Below, in pieces: positions 1-11,336 of a stretch of 20,000 nucleotides of DNA. Both the position numbers and the translations under genes were made by a program. The notes beneath the pieces were generated by a model. That model ran no database searches. It was not told the DNA's origin and saw only the letters and a program-made list of their open reading frames with translations. The first letter of the stretch is position 1. The number at the start of each line of letters is the position of its first letter. The DNA comes from Atractiella rhizophila (taxonomy: Eukaryota): the NCBI GenBank assembly GCA_021432655.1, contig MU271387.1, positions 56,433 to 76,432 on the forward strand, read 5' to 3'.

Positions 1-3000
1 AAGAAGTCGTGCCTGTCCCTCCAGGCAGATACACATCCTTTCACTGGGTCGGCGCAACAGATGGTTCGTCTCGTCGTCCGTTGAGTTGGGGATCCTGTTA
101 ACTAATGACTTAAAGGTGTTGCCTATGTAAACGGCGAATTTTGGGCTCAGTATGATGACGGTAGTCAAGAGAGTCTCGGGTTCGTAGTTGCACCAATCTG
201 GCTCAAAAATCCATCTGACGGGTTTGTCGTTTATAATTACCTGCACCCTGCCTTAATCTTACGGAATAGTCCCATCACTGCCCCATTCTTGAACGAGAAA
301 GGGAAGGACGGATCGTATCATCGCAACTTCAACATTACCCGAATGTTCACATTTGGACATCATTTGGATAACTCAAAGACTTTGACTGGGATATTACTTC
401 CAAAGTAATCTTCAACCGTTCTTCCAGCAACTTGACTAAGTCTGCTGTCCCAGCCAAACTGGCGGCTCGCAACTAACTGGCACGGTGAACATTCACATGT
501 TTGCAGCAACGTTAATCTCGTCAGACATTTCCAATCACTCAAACGGGCCTGTTCTTCATGTGCAAAACGTTCGAAGTACCACCAAGTCAGCTTATTTTTT
601 GCTAGTTAGGTCACATTTACTGAAAATTGTCCACTCTCTAGATTCAGGTTGCACGGGAAAGAGAAAGCACAACTTGTTGAGCTGACCATTACAAATCTCG
701 CACCATCCAACAACTCCGCCGACAGGTGGATCGTTAATCCAACCTCTTTCACTTTGTCGCACCCAAACATCAAGACTGTAATTCCAGGCAGCCTGAAGCG
801 ACTTCGAGGAGGAGACCAAGTGCGAGTCATTGTAGGAATCGTCAGTAATGGTGTGAAGGCAGGCAAAACGCTGGATGGTGTCACGATCCTCGCTAATGAG
901 AAGAAAATCAGTAAGAATTGGAAGATCACGGCTGGAATCCCTGACTACTACGTTGGAGATGACTCGTTGAAAACGCACGAGAGCGCAGAATGGTTTGATT
1001 CTGCCAAATTTGGGTTGTTCGTGCACTGGGGTAAATACCTCGTACCCATTGCCTCATTCATTAACTTGAGGAACAGGAATCTACTCCGTGCCTGCTTGGA
1101 CAGTTTCAGGGACCCAGTATGCAGAATGGTATGGCGTCTTTCCCTAATGTCCAGCAATTGCTTAACTTTTCCAACAGGTATTGGTACTGTAAGCATGCCC
1201 TACCGAAATTTGGACACGCCAATGACAATTATTGTTCTATAGGGCAACACAATCCTGCCAATTCATCATCCGCTGTTTGGACACACCATCGTGAGGTCTA
1301 TGGCGAGGATTTTCTATACGACGATTTCTTTCCTCACTTCACTGCTTCCGAGTTCAACGCCAAGGACTTTGTTGATTTCGTGTCTGATATTGGCGCAAAG
1401 TACTACGTCAGTATTTTCATTCATTAGCCATTAGTTTGCTAAGACCTGTCTAGGTCCTCACCACTAAACGTGCGTGACAAAGACTTGAAAGAGGCCGTGA
1501 CTGAAGATATCACTAGATCACGATGGATTCTCACTGTTCGACACCACTGGCAACTCCAACCGTAATTCGTTGAACTATGGTCCTAAGTGAGACATTTCCA
1601 CCGATTGTTACGACATCTGAAGCAGAATCCTGCAGGCGCGATTTGCTAGGAGAGATCGTGGATGCTACGAAGAAGTATCGCCCAGACATTAAAATCGGTG
1701 TTCGTTGTTCCGAGCTTGCTATTCACAAACTGATGATTTTACAGACATACTTCTCGCTCCCCGAATGGTTTAATCCTTCTTTTGCAAAATATGGACACGC
1801 CGGCGGAGGTTTGTTTCCTCTCTGCCCAGTTGGATGCCACTCAATTGGGACAGGTGACGATCTATATCATCGCAGGTCAAGCGTACCTGGAACTCCTGGA
1901 TACGATATTCTGCAACGTGAGATTTCTACCTTCATCAATAAAAAGCTTACATTACAGACAGGAACCGGTTTTGCTGGGGGTAAGCTTTGCTATAATTCTA
2001 CATGTGAATGTTCCTCATTTTACTGCAGGTCTCGCTCATAACGCCTATAACAACTCGGAGCTCGAGCCATACACTGGCTACGTCAAAGTAGACGACTTTC
2101 TTGAAGATATCATGAAACCTCAAATGGAGGCTCTGTTTTACAAATACAACACCGATATTCTTTGGTCAGAAAGCTCCTTGACCATGATCTCCCCAGCGTG
2201 ACCAGTTTAACAGGTGCGATGTTGGAGGACCTACTGTTTATCCGGAAATCGGTGAGTCTTGCCGTAACAATACCGATATAAACTAATGGTTTTCAGCACC
2301 GAAATGGTACAACTGGGCCGCAAAGCAGGGCAGACAAGTGCTAGCAAACGCAAGGTGCGGCGCCAACTACTCTGACTTCGACGTGAGCCGCTTTCCCTTC
2401 ACCACCCATGATTTCTCTGAGGTGTCAGAATAGAACCCTGAATACTCTGCCACCACCCATCTGAAGACGAGGAAGTGGGAATCGAGCGAAGGTAGCGACC
2501 CCTACTCTTATGGCTACAATCGGGACACCCCCGGTAAGCCTCTGACAAGCTCTAAACCTGCTTCATTACCTTGTCGAACCAGCTGATTTGGTACATAGAT
2601 GCAAACTACCGGAATGCTACTTACGTTCTTCATTCTCTGGTCGATATCGTCTCCAAAGGCGGCAACTACCTGATCGATGTCGGTACGATACATTGTCCCG
2701 TTGCGCGATAAGGGATTGAAGTACTCCACAGGTCCAACGGCTAATGGAACTGTCGTGCCTCCTTCTAAGAACTCGTTGTTGAAAGTAGGATCGTGGCTCA
2801 AATTCGCGTCAGCACTCCCATTCTAAGCTGGCAGCAAAAAGCTGACAGAATATTCCTCCCAGAGGAGAAGCGATATACGACACACAATGGTGGTTCTACG
2901 CCTCGCAAGATGAAGACTTACGATTCGTAAGTGTCACACGCTCCCATTCACCAAAACAACACTGAATGTGCAAGTAGACGACGAAGGAGGACGCATTCTA

Positions 3001-3217
3001 CATCACCTCCCTGACATACCCCGTCAACGGTACCATCCGGACGAAGCTTCCTGTGCCAGCGAAGAAGGGAGACAAAGTCACCTTCCTCGGTCCAACGAAG
3101 AACCAGACCGCGCTCCAGTGGCAGTGGACTCCGGATGGGACGTTTGAGGTTTTCGGAAACGAGGAGGAGTTGAGCGAGGTGGACGATGCTTGGGCTTTCA
3201 AGATCGAATACGTGTAG
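1..3217 (+). CDS. Alpha-L-fucosidase, glycoside hydrolase family 29 (multi-exon, 5' end outside window)
   Basis: Manual splicing gives GH29 motifs: [84 protein letters not shown] (nucleophile Asp, ~2150-2220), KWESSEGSDPYSYGYN, LVDIVSKGGNYLIDVGPTANG, GEAIYDT. It ends AWAFKIEYV* with TAG at 3215-3217. Exon boundaries upstream of ~640 are not resolved. Confidence 0.95.
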
Positions 3218-3602
3218 GCAGGCTCTCGTGGAGAGCAAGTGGGAGGTTAAAAGGTAAAAGGAATTGATTGACGACTGTTTGATGCACTATTTATCTGAGC
3301 TTACCGACACACAATCACAAATTGATGATGAGGATCCCAATGCATATGAAGATGAATGTGACACTACATTAACATTATTGATCGTTTCTTGTAGTCCACA
3401 GACTGCACAACGACACGGCAAATAAGATAAATGAGTATTTAATGTTTAGGAGAAGAGGGAGCAAAATAATAGGAAAGATGTTGGCAATCCGGATCCCAAG
3501 GCATGTTACAACAGAGGTAGGTAGGACAAGAAAATGAGGACTGAATCACAAATCTCAACACTCTCAACCAATCAACTCAACCATGTAAAGAACTCAGTTC
3601 AT

Positions 3603-5296
3603 CTAAAAAGGAACCTCCGCTCTAACCGCCCGATCGACCTCCTCGCTCCCCCTCTTCATCCACGCATCTCGAAACGTCAACCTCTTCGGTCCACCCCAAC
3701 CCTTCATCCAGTCCATAAACCTCAACTCGGCCACCGTAGCTCTCTTCGACGGGTCCCTGACGAGGAGCCTATTCACGACCTCCTTCGCCTCGGGACTACA
3801 AAGTCTCGCACCTTCCGAGGAAGGGTCGGAGGGCCACTCGAACTCGCCCTTGGCGATGCGGAACAGATGTTTCTTTCCCTCTCCTTTCCGTCGAGCGAAG
3901 GGGAGGGAGCCGGTGAGGATGGCGTAGAGGACGACGCCTAGGGCCCAGGAATCCGTTTGCCGTCCGTCGTACGATTTCGACATGATGAGCTCCGGAGCGG
4001 CGTACTCTTCTGATCCACAGCGGGTCTGGAGCATCGGATTGGTGGGGTCGATGAAGCGGGAGAGTCCAAAGTCGGTCAGCTTGACGAAACGTTCGGGGAG
4101 AGGCGGTAGGGTCTCGTCTGGCAAGGGTTCGTGGAGAGGGAACGGACGGGCGGTCAAGAGGACGTCTGACGCAACGCAACGTGAGTGGGTAGGATAGGAT
4201 GGCAGGATGAGGAATGCTTACTCTCGAGCTTGATGTCGCGATGCACTAGGAAGATACTGTGCATCCATCCGAGCACGGAGGCGAGTTCGCAGAATATGCG
4301 ACGCGCTAATCCTGCGGACATCTCCTTGTGGTGATCGAGGAGGAAGTCGAGAAGTTCTCCGCCCTCCGCATACTCGAGGACGAGGCAATTGTGGTGTCTA
4401 GTGTCAAAGGACGCCGAGAGCGAGATGAGAGAAGGATGATGGATATGCTATCGACGCAGACAGAGATTGAACCCAGTCCCTCTCACGTTTAAAAGACAGC
4501 ATACCTTCAAGACCTCCAATTCACGGACGACGGACACCTTCATCCGTTCGTTCTCTTGCCACATCCTCTTCTTGATCAACTTGATCGCGACCATTTCTCC
4601 CTCCTTCCCGCTCCCTTTCCTCCGCTTCCTCGCGCCCACAACTTTCGAAAAGCTCCCCTCGCCCAACACCTTTACCACTTCGAATTCCCACTCCGCTCCC
4701 CTCCCAAATCCATGCTCCATCCCGTCCATCTCCGTAGGGCTCTCTGGCGGGGATACGGACAGTTCGGAAGCGAGGGATGAAGGGTAGAAGACGAAGCCAG
4801 GTATCGACTCGGCGTCTTCCGTCGTCGCCTCCGCATTCCTGAACGTCGAAGTGGTCGGACTCGGACTGGGCGGGGGAGTTGAATCCCTGATGGTGACGAG
4901 GGTAGGAAGACGCGACGGAGGTCTGAAGCCGTGTTGGAACTCGGGAGAGCCGAATCCGAGCGCAGCGAAGTGTTTCTCCTTCTTTGCTGCGCTGGCCAAG
5001 GAGAGGTTGTTGATGGCGGTCCTGAGGTCGCTGTGCGAGTACGCCTTGCGATTGGCGAGGGGCGAGAGATGCTTCTCGCTCGACGGGGGGGAGGAGGACG
5101 GACTGGAGCCGCTGACTGAGGAGGGGGGCGAGGAGACGTGTGGCCCAGTGAAGCCAGACCCGAAGGCGGTTGAAAAAATGGAGTTCCTCGACACGGGCGT
5201 GGCGGGCGTCGGGGGCTGCACGTGCGGCATGGCGGGGAGGAGGCTGGGGGTGGGCAGGGGCGTGAGGTTGCGGAGCTGAGCGGAGGGAGTCGCCAT
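3603..5296 (-). CDS. Ser/Thr protein kinase, CAMK group (resembles fungal Prr1-like kinases), with a long S/P-rich N-terminus
   Basis: Exons complement(4505-5296, 4222-4447, 3603-4165) with GT-AG introns at 4448-4504 and 4166-4221. Motifs: LGEGSFSKV, VAIK, RELEVLK, LEYAEGGEL, HRDIKLEN, DFG, TRCGSEEYAAPE, DSWALGVVLY. The subfamily assignment is tentative. Confidence 0.93.
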
Positions 5297-5393
5297 CGTT
5301 GTTGCTCTTCGTCAGTTGGCGTCGGGACTGACTCACTGCGACTGCGACGTAGTGTCTCTAGTCTCTTCTTTAGTTGCATCGCCCACCACGAAT

Positions 5394-6775
5394 ATGGATT
5401 TATCTCTCGTCGCCCAGCCCAGCCAGGCTGAGTCTGTGCAGAAACAGCTTCGGATAGCTCAGAAATGTATGTTTTTAAATTAGAAACGCGTAGATTGACG
5501 ACGAACCGACAGTGGGCTACACATGCGTCGCCCTCAACACTCAAATTCCTCAGACGTTCGATCCAGCTCAACTACCGCTTCCCAAACCACCTCTACCTGA
5601 CCTAGATCCGCGAACGAATGACGAGGCAGGACCATCGACCGTTCCGAGGACGACGAACGGAAAACTGCTCCAACTGAGTCGGGCGACGATCGAAATCGAC
5701 CAAAAACACATAACGGGAGGAGGGAGCAAGAAGGAGGCAAAGATATACCAGCTCGTACGCATCTTCTCTATCCTCGGTACATGACTGATTGTGTGTACAT
5801 TGACAGAGCACATCCAATCTCCCACACTTTGCAGCATACAATATCCTCTCAGTCCTCCCAACCGACTCTGCCTCTCTCTCCTACGCCTGCCTCACCCTAG
5901 CTCCACACATCGAGATCATAGTCCTACAAGCTTCGGACCAACCAGGTGGAAAGTCACCCTTATGGGGAGCGAAGCGATCGACCATACGGGCTGCCATCAA
6001 AGCCGGCTGTTTCTTCGAGGTCGTCCTCTACTCTACCACTTGTTCCACCACCCATCCATATAACTAACGGAGGACGCAGATACGTTACGCACCCCTTCTC
6101 TCTTCGCAAAGCTCGTCGATACCTCACGCACGTCGAAATTTCACCGCACTCCTCAAGTCCATATCCGCCCTGACGGACGGCAAGGGACTCATCGTCTCTT
6201 CCCATTCAGCATCGTGGGAGACCATCCGCGCTCCTCATGACCTAATAAACATGTTCGTCTCCTCTGCCACTCCATATTTCTTATTTGATTTGTTTAACAG
6301 TCTTGAAACTATGGGCCTCAATGGCGAGAAGGCTCGCGCAGCGGTCTCCGACAACCCTCGCAAAGCAGTCCTTCGAGGATGTAAGCTATCCACTCTCGTC
6401 AATCTGACAGGGACATTGACACGCTCTCACAACACAGTTGCCAACCGCCAAACCTATCGAGGAGTCATCTCCGCCCCCATACTCACCACCACAATCGTGA
6501 CCGTCGAAACCGTCGAGGAGGAGGAAGAGAAGGCAGCGGAGAGCGAACTCATCCCTACAGACAATCCTCAGAATCCTCAGCCGAGTTCGGAACCACACAC
6601 GGAACCGCTACCAACAGCGACAGCGTCGTCTGTCCCGGAGGGGAAGGCAGAGCCGGTCAGGAATACGGGGAAGCGGAAGAGGGAGGTGACGGGTGCGAGT
6701 TTGGCGAGCTTGAAGGGAAGCGGTGTGGGGGAGGCGTCGCCGAAGCATAAGAAGAAGAAGAAGAAAAGAGAATAA
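5394..6775 (+). CDS. RPP1: RNase P/MRP subunit p30 (Rpp1/Rpp30, PHP-fold), complete copy
   Basis: Exons 5394-5466, 5513-5754, 5807-6019, 6080-6252, 6301-6380, 6438-6775 join in frame: MDLSL..LGYTCVALN..LSRATI..YNILSVLP..YAC..AAIKAGCFFEIRYAP..ARRNF..LTDGKGLIVSS..IRAPHDLIN..MGL..ARAAVSDNP..RQTYRGVI. It ends in an acidic then Lys-rich (NLS-like) tail. Confidence 0.9.
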
Positions 6776-8091
6776 TGCGTGATTTTATCTTATCATCCTT
6801 CATATGGAATGAGACTTCCAAAACTCCTTTGGGGTGGATGAGTGCCGGAAAAATAAGTGATGATAAATCTATTGCATGTTGCACAAGCTTCATTTCCCAT
6901 CCAGATACTGCTCATCAACATTGTCAACGACAATCCCAACAAGTACACACTGACGCCCACTCGTAACATCTCGTCAAAGAAAAGGTTGAGCTCAACTTAG
7001 GCGCTGTGGAAGCACCTCTCGACAGAATCTGCGTTATTGAAAAAGTAGTTTGGCTATTGTCCATCGTGTGCATGTTAGACCTAGAAAATTTGGGAGGATG
7101 AGGAGAAGAACGCACCATCGTGATGACCTTGAACGCTGAGAAAGCGACAAAGAGGAACAGCTGTCGACACGATATGTGAGCCCAACGATGTATATACTAT
7201 GGATGTGAAGGCCATACCATGTTCAGGTTGAATCCGGTGTCGAACGCAGCACCGGTCAGATATGCATACTTCTTCCACCACTCATATTTGTACCTAATTC
7301 CAAAGGTTTAGTTTGATGTCCCACATATCGGAGTGGGAAAGCTGACTTTTTAACGTAGAGATGGTTGAGGGAACCCAGGACGAAGGTCATGAGGAACCCG
7401 GTGGAAATGTTACCGTAGAAATTCTAAAAGGCAACATAAACAAAACATAAAACTATGGAAAAACGAATAATTCACCTCCATGGTAGTGCCTATGACGACC
7501 AAATGGTATGAATATCAAAAGCGCGGGGGACCATGAAAATCTTACCAAAGATGGCGATATTGACTTTCTGGAAAGGCACTCGTCCTTTAGTGAGCCTGTG
7601 ACCGACATAAAGGAGAATGGAGGCGCCGGCTCCAAGTACAAAACCGTACGGCTACCATCGAATAATCAGTATGTCTAGAATGCGAACGGGATGTTGACTT
7701 ACCAATGGTGTGTACATGGGATCTGAGAAAAGTTTCTTTGGTCCAACGAGACCAAAAGCAATACCTTCACACTTCTGTCAGTTCACGTTCCTGTAAATAT
7801 TATTGTAGCACTGACCCTGATTGTTCAAGGAGATGACGGTTTGACCAGTCCCTACAGCTCTCGTCAATGGCGGTCAGCATTGGCGCAAAGTCACATACAC
7901 TGCCTGTTAGGATCCGCAATGGATCCTTCCAAATAACCACGCTTGGTGTTGCACACCCATAATATAGTCCTATCTGAAATTCAGCAAGCTGGCCATGATG
8001 TAGGAATATGTGACGTACGCATAATTGACGGGAACACCAACACAAATTCCCCAGATCTGCGCAAGGAGGGTTGCCCGAGCTGCAATAGGCA
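5663..8091 (+). repeat. Triplicated block, copy 1 (RPP1 exon 2 onward plus OPT 3' end)
   Basis: Matches 8091-10533 with scattered differences. Its 6602-8091 part is almost identical to 11337-12826 (offset 4735). Confidence 0.97.
6997..8091 (-). pseudogene. OPT transporter 3' fragment (copy 1), truncated inside an intron
   Basis: Same last exons as the full OPT (PRATLLAQIWG..., WWKKYAYLTGAAFDTG, PNYFFNNADSVERCFHSA*, stop at 6997-6999). It is cut at 8091, about 10 nt upstream of an acceptor AG. It may be an assembly artefact rather than a real pseudogene. Confidence 0.8.
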
Positions 8092-9210
8092 ACTGCTCCA
8101 ACTGAGTCGGGCGACGATCGAAATCGACCAAAAACACATAACGGGAGGAGGGAGCAAGAAGGAGTCAAAGATATACCAGCTCGTACACATCTTCTCTATC
8201 CTCGAAACATGACTGATTATGAGTACATTGACAGAGCACATCCAATCTCCCACACTTTGCAGCATACAACATCCTCTCAGTCCTCCCAACCGACTCTGCC
8301 TCTCTCTCCTACGCCTGCCTCACCCTAGCTCCACACATCGAGGTCATAGTCCTACAAACTTCGGACCAACCAGGTGGAAAGTCACCCTTATGGGGAGCGA
8401 AGCGATCGACCATACGGGCTGCGATCAAAGCCGGCTGTTTCTTCGAGGTCGTCCTCTACTCTACTTGTTCCATCACCCCATCCATATAACTAACGGAGGA
8501 CGTAGATTCGTTACGCGCCCCTCCTCTCTTCGCAAAGCTCGTCGATACCTCATGCACGTCGAAATTTCACCGCACTCCTCAAATCCATATCTGCCCTAAC
8601 GGACGGCAAGGGACTCATCGTTTCTTCCCATTCAGCATCGTGGGAAACCATCCGCGCTCCTCATGACCTAATAAACATGTTCGTCTCCTCTGCCACTCCA
8701 TATTTCTTATTTGATTTGTTTAACAGTCTTGAAACTATGGGCCTCAATGGCGAGAAGGCTCGCGCAGCCGTCTCCGACAACCCTCGCAAAGCAGTCCTTC
8801 GAGGGTGTAAGCTATCCACTCTTGTCCAGCTGACAGGGACATTGACACGCTCTCACAATACAGTTGCCAACCGCCAAACCTATCGAGGAGTCATCTCCGC
8901 CCCCATACTCACCACCACAATCGTTACCGTCGAAACCGTCGAGGACGAGGACGAGAAGGCAGCGGAGAGCGAACTCATCCCTACAGATAATCCTCAAAAT
9001 CCTCAACCGAGTTCGGAATCACACACAGAACCGCTACCAACAGCGACAGCGTCGTCTGTCCCGGAGGGGAAGGCAGAGCCGGTCAGGAATACGGGGAAGC
9101 GGAAGAGGGAGGTGACGGGTGCGAGTTTGGCGAGCTTGAAGGGAAGCGGTGTGGGAGAGGCGTCGCCGAAGCATAAGAAGAAGAAGAAGAAAAGGGAGAA
9201 TAATGCGTGA
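8091..9210 (+). pseudogene. RPP1: 5'-truncated second copy (probable allele) of RPP1
   Basis: Lacks exon 1 and the first ~150 nt of exon 2. The remaining exons and splice sites are intact, and the other indels I saw fall in an intron. A 2-bp insertion near the end changes ...KKRE* to ...KKRENNA*. Confidence 0.8.
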
Positions 9211-9439
9211 TTTATCTTATCATCCTTCATAGGAATTGAGACTTTCAAAACTCCCTTGGGATGGATGAGAGTGCAATTTGAACGCCAGCCAAAGAATGTG
9301 TGACGATAAATCTATTGCATGTTGCACAAGCTTCATTTCCCATCCAGATACTGCTCATCAACATTGTCAACGACAATCCCAACAAGTACACACTGACGCC
9401 CACTCGTAACATCTCGTCAAAGAAAAGGTTGAGCTCGAC

Positions 9440-11336
9440 TTAGGCGCTGTGGAAGCACCTCTCGACAGAATCTGCGTTATTGAAAAAGTAGTTTGGCTAT
9501 TGTCCATCGTGTGCATGTTAGACCTAGAAAGCTTGGGAGGATGAGGAGAAGAACGTACCATCGTGATGACCTTGAACGCTGAGAAAGCGACAAAGAGGAA
9601 CAGCTGTCGAAAGGACATATGAGCTCAGCAGTGTCAAACTGGGAATGTGAAGATCATACCATGTTCAGGTTGAAGCCGGTGTCGAACGCAGCACCGGTCA
9701 GGTATGCATACTTCTTCCACCACTCATATTTGTACCTAATTCCAAAGGTTTAGTTTGATGTCCCGCATATCGGAGTGGGAAAGCTGACTTTTTAACGTAG
9801 AGATGGTTGAGGGAACCCAGGACGAAGGTCATGAGGAACCCGGTGGAAATGTTACCGTAGAAATTCTAAAAGGCAACATAAACAAAACATAAAACTATGG
9901 AAAAACGAATAATTCACCTCCATGGTAGTGCCTATGACGACCAAATGGTATGAATATCAAAAGCGCGGGGGACCATGAAAATCTTACCAAAGATGGCGAT
10001 ATTGACTTTCTGGAAAGGCACTCGTCCTTTAGTGAGCCTGTGACCGACATAAAGGAGAATGGAGGCGCCGGCTCCAAGTACAAAACCGTACGGCTACCAT
10101 CGAATAATCAGTATGTCTAGAATGCGAACGGGATGTTGACTTACCAATGGTGTGTACATGGGATCTGAGAAAAGTTTCTTTGGTCCAACGAGACCAAAAG
10201 CAATACCTTCACACTTCTGTCAGTTCACGTTCCTGTAGGTATTATTGTAGCACTGACCCTGATTGTTCAAGGAGATGACGGTTTGACCAGTCCCTACAGC
10301 TCTCGTCAATGGCGGTCAGCATTGGCGCAAAGTCACATACACTGCCTGTTAGGATCCGCAATGGATCCTTCCAAATAACCACGCTTGGTGTTGCACACCC
10401 ATAATATAGTCCTATCTGAAATTCAGCAAGCTGGCCATGATGTAGGAATATGTGACGTACGCATAATTGACGGGAACACCAACACAAATTCCCCAGATCT
10501 GCGCAAGGAGGGTTGCCCGAGCTGCAATAGGCATCATCAGAATAGTAATGGTGCTCAGTTCGGACAGACGAACGTGGAATATGGAAGTAGTAACCCAGCT
10601 TCATGTCGCTCAACTACAGGGAGTCCGTTTATATTCATATTTCTGATAAAAAAAGGTAGGGCTGACCATTGCTTGTGCCTTGCGAGAGCATTAGTATTAG
10701 CGATGCATTCTCGATTACAGTGCCAAATCTTACCTCGTACCAACACTGTCCGGAGATGACACGGTAGGAGAGAGATCCAACAGGGTGACGTGATCCTCCG
10801 AGATCGATAAGGTAACCGTAGAACAATTCGTTAAAGTCTGAAAGTGTAAAATCAGTGCCTATATCTGAGGTTACTGGGCAGAAATACTTACATCCCACTG
10901 GAACTTGATACCCTGAGATGGCATAGATGTAACTGTGACTGGTGTGAGTTTGTGCTAGTGAGTGTGCGAAAGATAGTTCACCCCATGGGAATCACAATGA
11001 GGATGCCGAAAACAAGTCCAACGAAGTAACTGTAAATCTAGCCCGAAAGCATTAGCGAATCTATAGAGAAATACTAGAGACTACGTGCTGGCATATACAG
11101 AATATCCTTCTTGAGCACAAGTCCGAGGAGGGCAAAGAAAGATCCGGCGAAAAGGGCAATATTCCACCAGATGGGAACTTGAGGGTACTTTCGGATCATT
11201 TTTGTGAGGATATTCTACTAGAACATAAGGAGTTGATCCACCTGGACTGTTACTGCTCACGTTGTAGACTGCATCTCCTCGCCATGCGGCCCTTAGACTC
11301 CTGACAATAGCTGGACCCTCGAATAGAGCGCAGGAA
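9440..11336 (-). pseudogene. OPT transporter 3'-half fragment (copy 2, probable allele)
   Basis: Matches 11732-13630 with stop at 9440-9442. The exonic differences I checked are synonymous (e.g. TTC/TTT, TCT/TCC, ATT/ATC, TAT/TAC, GTG/GTA). The 1-bp indel at ~10970 is intronic. Confidence 0.8.

Larger units (their letters stand above)
8091..11336 (+). repeat. Triplicated block, copy 2 (divergent haplotype-like copy)
   Basis: Starts aactgctccaactgagtcgg (= 5663) and ends gaatagagcgcaggaa (= 13630). It covers RPP1 from mid exon 2 and the OPT 3' half. Confidence 0.97.

Noticed and set aside
4467..5571. Several long overlapping ORFs in alternative frames (271, 299, 142 aa)
   Set aside because: They are shadows of the GC-rich, low-complexity kinase exon 1 and have no recognisable motifs.
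6748..6770. (AAG)n tract, also at ~9175 and ~11483
   Set aside because: It encodes the poly-Lys NLS-like tail of Rpp1 and is not an independent repeat element.
7943..8212. ORF fusing antisense-OPT sequence in frame to RPP1 exon 2 across junction 1 (possible chimeric gene)
   Set aside because: There is no in-frame ATG before the junction and no evident promoter, and the junction itself may be an artefact.
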